Assembly (NCBI GenBank): GCA_028713575.1
Contig: JAQTOB010000006.1
Span: 22,729 to 54,728, forward strand
Source of the DNA: Patescibacteria group bacterium
GTDB taxonomy: Bacteria; Patescibacteriota; Patescibacteriia; UBA2591; UBA6264
DNA length: 32,000 bases
Direction of reading: 5' to 3'
Made by a program: the position numbers and the translations under genes. Positions 16,393 to 23,600 of the stretch are shown here, one piece after another (the first letter of the stretch is position 1; every line of letters starts with the position of its first letter). The notes beneath the pieces are model-generated. The model did no database searches, was not told the DNA's origin, and worked only from the letters and a program-made list of their open reading frames with translations.

Positions 16393-16746
16393 AAGAGGCC
16401 TTCTGAAACCCGCATTAATAAAGGATTATAGAGCAAAAATTCAAATTTGGTGTGATTTTAAGCAATTTTTTTATGGAATTAAACCTCAACTAAAAATATG
16501 TATACTCTTGTCCTCAAGTCCATGGGGCCTGACCCCAAATGAAATATTAAGAGCCTTGGGGTCTAGAGCCTTGGGGTCTGACCCCATGAAGAGGCCTTCT
16601 GAAACCCGCATTAATAAAGGATTATAGAGCAAAAATTCAAATTTGGTGTGATTTTAAGCAATTTTTTTATGGAATTAAACCTCAACTAAAAATATGTATA
16701 CTCTTGTCCTCAAATCCATGGGGTCAGACCCCAAATGAAATATTAA
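16370..16746 (+). repeat. Tandem duplication of a 181-bp unit (period 196 bp) with 18-bp inverted termini; MITE-like
   Basis: 16370-16550 and 16566-16746 differ by 3 substitutions. The termini are TTGGGGTCTGACCCCATG and CATGGGGTCAGACCCCAA. A 15-bp truncated unit (16551-16565) lies between the copies. Confidence 0.9.
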
Positions 16747-16765
16747 ATAAATTAACAAGTTTCGC

Positions 16766-17464
16766 GTGTATACTCTTACTTTGGAAAAATTTCAAGGACC
16801 TTTTAACCTGCTTTTACAATTGATTGAAAAGGAGAAAATGGATATTACCGAAGTTTCTTTGGCTCAGGTAACGGATGAATTTTTACATCATTTAGAAAAA
16901 GTGGAACAGGTTCAACCCGATGAATTAGCGGATTTTTTAGAAATTGCCGCTAAATTAATTTTCATTAAATCAAAGCTTTTGGTTCCCGGGACAACAGAAG
17001 AAGATGAAGAGGGTCAAGATTTAGTTGGCCAGTTAAAGATTTATCAGCAGTATATGCGGGCAACCAAAGAAATAGGGAGAATTGCTAGTCAACCGATTTA
17101 TTCTTTTGCTCGAGAAAGAATTCCCTTGGAAATTGTGCCGCATTTTTCTTTGGAAACTAAAATTACGACTCATATTTTGGAAAAATATTTTAAGAATTTA
17201 TCTCTGTTTATTTCAGAACAAATTAAATTTAACCAACAAATTATTAAAAGAAAAGTTGTTTCTTTGCAGGCGAAGATCAGGGAATTAATTGAAGTTTTAA
17301 GTCAAAAGAAAGAAATAATTTTTGATTCTTTAATTAAAGGCAAAGAAAAAGCGGAGAAAATAGCCACTTTTTTGGCAGTTCTGGAATTAGTTAAAAGAAG
17401 GCAAGCTGTAGTTAGTCAGGCAGGATTGTTTGAAAAAATTATTGTTACTAAAAATAAAGAATAA
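16766..17464 (+). CDS. scpA: Segregation and condensation protein A (kleisin)
   Basis: The N-terminus FQGPFNLLLQLIEKEKMDITEVSLAQVTDEFL is the ScpA signature. The GTG start at 16766 is tentative, with TTG 16781 as the alternative. Confidence 0.85.
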   Translation: MYTLTLEKFQGPFNLLLQLIEKEKMDITEVSLAQVTDEFLHHLEKVEQVQPDELADFLEIAAKLIFIKSKLLVPGTTEEDEEGQDLVGQLKIYQQYMRATKEIGRIASQPIYSFARERIPLEIVPHFSLETKITTHILEKYFKNLSLFISEQIKFNQQIIKRKVVSLQAKIRELIEVLSQKKEIIFDSLIKGKEKAEKIATFLAVLELVKRRQAVVSQAGLFEKIIVTKNKE

Positions 17465-17479
17465 TAAAATTATAGAATT

Positions 17480-18070
17480 ATGGAAATAAAAAAAATAAAA
17501 TCAATTATAGAAAGCATTCTTTTTATAATCAACCGGCCTTTGAATAAAAAGGAGCTGGCTAAAATTACCGAACAAAAATTGGAAAGCGTAGAACAGGCCT
17601 TAAAAGAATTGACCGAGGAACATAATTCAGCGGAGAGGGGGATAAGGATTATCCAGAACGGTCAGGATTTCCAAATGGTTACCAGTCCGGAAAATAGCCA
17701 GATTATTCAGAATTTTTTAAAACAGGAAATCAATCAGGAATTAACCCCGGCTTCCTTGGAAACCCTGGCGATTATCGCTTATCGCGGACCCATTAGAAAG
17801 GAAGAACTAGAACAAATTCGCGGGGTTAATTGCAGTATTATTTTACGCAATCTTTTGATCAAGGGTTTGATTGTAGAAGAACCTCTCTCTTCCCGCCTTA
17901 TCGGCGGACAAGCGGCGGATGAAGACAATGAAGATAAAGAAAGTCAGGTTTATAGCGTCAGTTTGGATTTTATCCGGCATTTAGGCATTAATGACTTAAA
18001 AGAACTGCCCGATTATAATAAACTTAATAAAGATGTTTCTTTATTATCTTTAGCGGAACAAGAAGAGTAA
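17480..18070 (+). CDS. scpB: Segregation and condensation protein B
   Basis: IIESILFI, LETLAIIAYRGPIRKEELEQIRGVN and a tandem winged-helix pattern are present. The gene contains a GC-rich insert at 17882-17920. Confidence 0.85.
   Translation: MEIKKIKSIIESILFIINRPLNKKELAKITEQKLESVEQALKELTEEHNSAERGIRIIQNGQDFQMVTSPENSQIIQNFLKQEINQELTPASLETLAIIAYRGPIRKEELEQIRGVNCSIILRNLLIKGLIVEEPLSSRLIGGQAADEDNEDKESQVYSVSLDFIRHLGINDLKELPDYNKLNKDVSLLSLAEQEE
17893..17913 (+). repeat. GC-rich hairpin element CCGCC-TTATC-GGCGGACAAGC inside scpB
   Basis: It matches 19603-19623 in murE at 19/21 and is translated here as SRLIGGQA. Confidence 0.8.
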
Positions 18071-18074
18071 TTAA

Positions 18075-18150
18075 CCAAATACATAGGCCAAATACACAGG
18101 GGCCAAATACACAGGTTGAACCTGTGTAGAGTGTACCTGTGTAGAGTGTA
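18075..18150 (+). repeat. 3x CCAAATACA(C/T)AGG followed by 2x CCTGTGTAGAGTGTA (mutually inverted)
   Basis: Direct copies lie at 18075, 18088 and 18103, and inverted partners at 18121 and 18136. The central hairpin is TACACAGG-TTGAA-CCTGTGTA (18108-18128). Confidence 0.9.
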
Positions 18151-18187
18151 GAGACTAAGATGGAGGCTTCGCCGTTATACTAGTTTT

Positions 18188-18259
18188 CCCCTCGTAGTTC
18201 AATGGACAGAATATAAGCTTCCGGAGCTTAGGATACAGGTTCGATTCCTGTCGAGGGGA
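18188..18259 (+). tRNA. tRNA-Arg (anticodon CCG)
   Basis: A hand-folded cloverleaf works. The acceptor is CCCCTCG/CGAGGGG. The D arm is GTTC-AATGGACA-GAAT with GG and A20. The anticodon arm is TAAGC-TTCCGGA-GCTTA. The T arm is ACAGG-TTCGATT-CCTGT, and the discriminator is A. CCA is not encoded. A -10-like TATACT lies at 18176-18181. Confidence 0.85.
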
Positions 18260-18454
18260 TTGGTGTGGGGGTGAAATTCCTCCTTGGGTACTTTTATTTT
18301 CTTAAGAATTATTTAATGGCGGAAAAAAGACGGTCAACGGAAATATACAGAAAATTGTTCACCAGGGATTTTTCTTTGGCCAATATTGAGATTTGGTATC
18401 GGGCGGAATAGTAAAGATAATTACAGAACCTCAAGACATAAAATATCTACGTAT

Positions 18455-18591
18455 CTACGAGGCGAGAACCTCGTAGGTCTCATAGGTTTCGACCTCGTCT
18501 ACGAGGCGTAGAATATCTACGAGGCGAGACCTCGTAGGCTTTCTGAAATATCTACGAGGCGTAGAATATCTACGAGGCGAGACCTCGTAGG
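18455..18591 (+). repeat. Cluster of CTACGAGG-CGAGA-CCTCGTAG hairpins, including a 41-nt unit repeated with 53-bp period
   Basis: Hairpins lie at 18455-18476, 18517-18537 and 18570-18590. The unit TCTACGAGGCGTAGAATATCTACGAGGCGAGACCTCGTAGG occurs at 18498-18538 and 18551-18591. Confidence 0.9.
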
Positions 18592-18662
18592 TTTCCTTGC
18601 CCCTTTATTCTAATTTAGTGATAAAAATTTTTTTAAAATCCCGTAGAGAAATTTTGGAAATT

Positions 18663-18928
18663 ATGTTTTTCTATAATTATGTCATCCAAAGTTCAAAAAA
18701 TAAAAGTCTCTATGTGGCTACGCCATAGATTTAAAAGAGAGACTAGAAAAACATAATAAAGGTTTAGTAAAGTCCACCGAGCCGTATAGACCTTGGAAAG
18801 TGATATATTATGAAGCCTATTTAAATAAAGAAGATGCAAAACGCAGAGAGTGTTATTCAAAGACCGCCCAAGGTCAAAGATTATTAAAAAGGCGTCTTAA
18901 AGATTATTTTTATGATGATAATAAATAA
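18663..18928 (+). pseudogene. GIY-YIG nuclease family gene (YhbQ/UPF0213-like) interrupted by a 1-nt frameshift
   Basis: The frame from 18663 gives MFFYNYVIQSSKNKSLYV, then a stop at 18726-18728. The frame from 18716 gives GYAIDLKERLEKHNKGLVKSTEPYRPWKVIYYEAYLNKEDAKRRECYSKTAQGQRLLKRRLKDYF, ending in TAA at 18926-18928. Joined, they form a complete ~88-aa GIY-YIG domain. Confidence 0.75.
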
Positions 18929-20336
18929 TTCAAAATTTTTCTACGGGGTAAAAAAAATAGTTCCTAGTTTTTTGTTTTTATTTTATCACCGCGTTTTGGC
19001 TTTGTCCGCGGCTTTGTTTTATGGTTTTCCCGGTCAAAAAATGATTGTTATTGGCGTGACCGGCACAACGGGGAAATCAACTACAGCAAATTTGATTGCC
19101 AAGATTTTAGAACAAGCTGGTTTTAAAGTCGGGTTAGCCACCACTTTTAATTTTAAAATTAGAAATAAGGAATGGGAGAATAAAACAAAGATGACTATGC
19201 TTGGTCGTTTTGCTTTACAGAAATTATTAAAACAAATGCTTAAAGCTGGTTGTTCTTATGTTGTGATTGAAACCAGTTCGCAAGGCGTAATCCAATATCG
19301 TCATTTAGGCCTTAATTATGACATCGGAGTTTTTACTAATTTATCGCCAGAACACATTGAAGCGCACGGCGGTTTTGTTAAATATCGTGAGGCCAAACAG
19401 AAATTTTTCCAGCATTTAAGCAAAAGTAAAAGAAAAAAACTCAATGATAAATTGATTGATAAAATCAGCATTATTAATTTAGATGATGACAATCAGGAAC
19501 ATTTTTTAAAGTTTAAGACAGATCAACAATACGGTTATACAATAAAAAATTTGAAATTTTTTGCCGAAAGTGAAACTGCTGACTTAAGAGGAAAAAATCA
19601 ATCCGCCTCTTCGGCGGACAAGCCCGTTTCTTCCCGTCTCTCCGGCGGGCAGGCGCCGGACTTGCCGATGAGGCAAGAAATTAAAATTGTAGAAGCGAAA
19701 GAAATCAAATTGACTTCTCAGGGGTCAGAATTTATAATCAATGGCATTAATTTTAAACTTAATTTATTGGGGAAATTTAATATCAGCAATGCTCTGGCCG
19801 CGGTTAATGTTGCTTTGTCGCAGGGGGTTAGTTTAGATGTTTGTAAAAGAGCTTTGACTGAAGTTAAACAAATGCCCGGCCGTATGGAAATTATTGCCAA
19901 AGAACCATTTATTTTAGTTGATTACGCGCACACACCAAATTCATTGGAAAAAGTTTATCAGACAATAAAAAATTTAGATAAGCGAGGAAAATTAATTTGC
20001 GTTTTTGGTTCAGCCGGCGGCGGACGAGACAAATGGAAAAGGCCGATTATGGGAGAAATCGCGGAGAAATATTGCGACGAAATAATTGTTACCAACGAAG
20101 ACCCTTATGATGAAGAGCCTGGAGAAATCATTGCTCAAGTGATTGCTGGTATTAAAAATAAAAAAGCAATGAAAATTATTGACCGAAAAAAGGCCATTAC
20201 TCAAGCTTTATCTATAGCAGAAAAAGAAGACACTATTATAATTACAGGCAAGGGTTGCGAACCATGTATTATGGGACCAAAAGGGAAACGTTTTCTTTGG
20301 GACGACAGAAAAGCGGTGAGAGAATTGTTGACCTGA
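18912..20336 (+). CDS. murE: Mur ligase, MurE-like (UDP-MurNAc-tripeptide synthetase)
   Basis: It has the P-loop GVTGTTGKSTT, plus NLSPEHIEAHG, DYAHTP and GSAGGGRDKWKRP. The short hydrophobic N-terminus replaces the usual N-domain. A GC-rich insert lies at 19600-19675. The amino-acid specificity is unknown. Confidence 0.8.
   Translation: MMIINNSKFFYGVKKIVPSFLFLFYHRVLALSAALFYGFPGQKMIVIGVTGTTGKSTTANLIAKILEQAGFKVGLATTFNFKIRNKEWENKTKMTMLGRFALQKLLKQMLKAGCSYVVIETSSQGVIQYRHLGLNYDIGVFTNLSPEHIEAHGGFVKYREAKQKFFQHLSKSKRKKLNDKLIDKISIINLDDDNQEHFLKFKTDQQYGYTIKNLKFFAESETADLRGKNQSASSADKPVSSRLSGGQAPDLPMRQEIKIVEAKEIKLTSQGSEFIINGINFKLNLLGKFNISNALAAVNVALSQGVSLDVCKRALTEVKQMPGRMEIIAKEPFILVDYAHTPNSLEKVYQTIKNLDKRGKLICVFGSAGGGRDKWKRPIMGEIAEKYCDEIIVTNEDPYDEEPGEIIAQVIAGIKNKKAMKIIDRKKAITQALSIAEKEDTIIITGKGCEPCIMGPKGKRFLWDDRKAVRELLT
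19603..19654 (+). repeat. Two tandem copies of the GC-rich hairpin element inside murE
   Basis: Copy a is CCGCCTCTTCGGCGGACAAGC (19603-19623). Copy b is CTTCCCGTCTCTCCGGCGGGCAGGC (19630-19654), which aligns to scpB 17889-17913 with 6 mismatches. Confidence 0.75.
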
Positions 20337-20531
20337 CTATTAATGTTTTTTAGCGCAGGGAACAATCCTACACCAAACGAATATTTTTAATGTAAAAATT
20401 CTTATTTTTAATGCTCTTTATAATGTAGATATAGAACATAATTTTTATATTCGTTTAGTGTGTATGGGGGATAAATTGTGGAAAACGCTTATTTTGGCTT
20501 AAATAAAGGGAAAAAATAGCTTAATTTTCCC

Positions 20532-20560
20532 TTGACTGAATAAATGATATTTGTTATTAT
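20532..20560 (+). promoter_or_regulatory. Sigma70-like promoter TTGACT-17-TATTAT upstream of rpoB
   Basis: The -35 is at 20532-20537 and the -10 at 20555-20560. This implies a ~115-nt leader before ATG 20682. Confidence 0.5.
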
Positions 20561-20681
20561 ATATTAGCTAAATTTTATTTAGTATTTTAATATCTTTTTT
20601 ATTTATAAAAAAATAAAAGTTAATAAGAAGACCTTTTAGGAAGAAACAGTTCCGAAGGGTTTTTTATCCTCAAAATATTTT

Positions 20682-23600
20682 ATGTCTGATAAACGTAAAT
20701 ATTTTTCAGAATCCCGCGTTAATTTAGAACTTCCTGATTTAACGGAAATTCAAAAAACCTCATATAAATGGTTCTTAAACAAAGGGATTAAAGAATTAAT
20801 TAAAGAATTTTCTCCAATTGAAGATTCAGTAGGAAAAATTTTTGAATTGCATTTTTTGGATTGTTATTTAAACGCCCCTAAATTTGATGAAATTATTAGC
20901 AAAGACCGCAATTTAACATATGAAGCACCTTTAACCGTAAAGGTGCGTTTAATTAATAAGAAAACCGGTCGCCGAATAAACCAAGAAATATATTTCGGCG
21001 ACATTCCTTTAATGACGGAAAGAGGAACTTTTATTGTTAACGGCATTGAAAGGGTAGTAGTTCAACAGCTTATTAGGTCACCGGGTGTATTTTTCAGTCA
21101 AGAATTAATTAAGGGGAGATTTTTTTACGGCGCTAAAATTATTCCTGATCGTGGCGCTTGGCTTGAATTTGAAACAGACGCCAAAAAAGTTATTTGGGCA
21201 AGAATTGACCGCCAAAGAAAAACACCAGCCACTTCTTTGTTAAGAGTTTTTGGTTATGGGACAGACAAAGAAATACTTGATTTATTTACCCCCAAAGTTC
21301 CTTTAGGCAAGGAAAAAGATGAAGATATTAAAATTTTAGATTATATTAAAGCTACTTTAGAAAAAGACCCTTCGGCCTCGGAAGAAGAGGGGTTAATTGA
21401 AGTTTACAGAAAAATTAGGCCAGGCGATTTAGCTACTGTTGACAATGCTAAGTCTCTTATTTACGCTATGTTTTTTCAACCCAATCGTTATGATTTAAGT
21501 AAAGTGGGAAGATACAAAATAAACCAGAGGCTTAGTTTGGATGAAAAAATAAAAAATCGCACCCTTCGGCCCGAAGATATTGCCGCCATTCTTAAAGAAA
21601 TGATTAGACTTAATATTACTCAGGGGAGGGGTGATGATATAGATCATTTAGCCAATCGTCGTATCCGCGCGGTTGGCGAATTAATTCAAAATCGGATGCG
21701 CGTGGGCATGTTAAGATTACAAAGAATTGTTAAAGACAGGATGAGCGTGGCCGAGGGTAAAGTGACATCTAGTCAATTGATTAACATTAGACCGATTGCC
21801 GGCGTGATTAAGGAATTTTTTATGTCTTCACAGTTGTCCCAATTTATGGATCAAACAAATGTTCTTTCTGAATTGTCGCATAAAAGAAGATTAACCGTGG
21901 CTGGTCCCGGCGGTTTGAGTCGGGAAAGAGCGGTTTTTGAGGTTCGCGATGTGCACCGCACTTATTATGGTCGGATTTGCCCCATTGCCACCCCAGAAGG
22001 ACCAAATGTTGGATTAGTTAGTCATTTGGCGAGTTATGCGCGCATTAATGAATATGGATTTATTGAAACACCATATCGCAAAGTGATTAAAGGAAAGTTG
22101 ACTAATGAAATTGTTTATCTTGATGCCTTTGAAGAGGAGAAATATGTATTAGCTCCTTTTTCTATAGAGATTGATAAACATGGGAAAATTATGGAAGAAA
22201 GAGTAGAGGCTCGTATTAACGGCCGGCCTACTTTTTGCAGTAGCGATGAAGTTGATTTTATTGATGTCGGCGCCGGTCAAATAATCAGTATTGCCACTTC
22301 TTTAATTCCGTTTTTGGAGCATGATGACGGCGTCCGCGCTTTAATGGGTACTAATATGCAACGTCAGGCCGTTCCTTTAATAAAACCAGAGGCGCCGATT
22401 GTTGGTACGGGAATGGAAGAAAAGGTGGCGCGTGATTCCGGTCATTTGATTATTGCCAAAGAAAACGGAAGAGTAATGGAAGTGGATGCCCTACATCTTC
22501 GTTTATTGACCAATTCGGGAAAAAATGAAATTTATTATTTTAATAAATATGCCCGCTCAAATTTTGACACTTGTTTTAATCAGTGTCCGGTGGTGATCAA
22601 AAATCAGAAAATCAAAGTGGGTGATGTTTTAGCCTGCGGTTCTTCAACCGAAAACGGAGAATTGGCGCTTGGTCAAAATATTTTAGGCGCCTTTATGTCT
22701 TGGGAAGGGGGAAATTATGAAGATGCGATTTTAATTTCTTCCCGTTTAGTACAAAAGGACAATTTTACTTCTTTGCATATTGATGAACATGTAATTGACA
22801 TTAGAGAAACAAAGTTTGGCCCAGAAATGACCACGCGAGACATTCCGAATGTGAGCGAAGAAAAATTAAAAGATTTAGACGAAGAAGGTATTGTTAGAAT
22901 AGGAGCGGAAGTTAAATCAGGCGATATTTTAGCGGGTAAGATTACTCCCAAAGGAGAAGCTGAATTAACAGCAGAAGAAAAATTATTAAAAGCGATTTTT
23001 GGAGAAAAAGCGCAAGACGTAAGGGATTCTTCTTTATATCTTGAACATGGCGAACACGGCAAAGTAATTGGAGTTAAGATTTTTTCACGAGAAAAAGGAG
23101 ACAAATTGGCGCCGGGCGTGATAAAATCAATTCAAGTTTTAGTGGCGGATTTAAGAAAAGTTCAGGTTGGTGATAAAATGGCGGGTCGTCATGGCAACAA
23201 AGGAGTGGTTTCCAAAATTGTCCCCCAAGAAGATATGCCCTATTTAGCTGACGGAACGCCCATTGATATTATTTTAAATCCTCTGGGCGTGGTTTCCAGA
23301 ATGAATTTAGGGCAAATATTGGAAATTCATTTAGGTTTGGCGGCTCAAAAGTTAGGCTATAAAGCCGCTACTCCGGCCTTAAACGGAATTAAAGAAGAAA
23401 CCATAAGACAAGAATTAATCAAAGCCGGTTTTTCTTCTACAGGCAAAACAACGCTTTATGACGGTCGCACGGGCGAGATGTTTAAAGAACAGGTAACAAT
23501 CGGTTATGTTTATATAATGAAATTAAATCATTTGGTTGAAGATAAAATCCACCAACGTTCAATTGGTCCTTATTCCCTGATTACTCAACAACCTTTGGGC

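Noticed and set aside
16191-16436. Minus-strand ORF encoding (MGSDPKAQ)x4, which could be a repeat protein.
   Set aside because: It is the literal translation of the 24-bp DNA repeat. It overlaps the 3' end of the ybaK-like gene on the opposite strand and has no plausible start context. The repeat is better explained at the DNA or RNA level.
16281-16765. A chromosomal parS site next to scpAB.
   Set aside because: GGGGTCTGACCCC bears no resemblance to the canonical parS consensus (TGTTNCACGTGAAACA). A centromere-like role is kept only as one speculative option in the finding, not as a feature call.
18316-18411. A 31-codon ORF (MAEKRRSTEIYRKLFTRDFSLANIEIWYRAE) downstream of tRNA-Arg, possibly an integrase or other gene remnant.
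   Set aside because: It is too short and has no motif I can recognise, so I cannot support it as a gene or pseudogene.
18455-18591. Possible CRISPR array or riboswitch in the CTACGAGG hairpin cluster.
   Set aside because: The sequences between the hairpins are themselves repeated (a 41-nt unit occurs twice) and irregular in length. No cas genes are present, and I recognise no riboswitch core.
16263-20681. Housekeeping ncRNAs (tmRNA, RNase P RNA, SRP RNA, 6S) hidden in the long spacers.
   Set aside because: I looked for the conserved cores I know: the RNase P GAGGAAAGTCC motif, the SRP GGAA/AGCA helix-8 motif and the tmRNA tRNA-like 3' end with ACCA. None was found. A covariance-model scan would be needed to exclude them fully.
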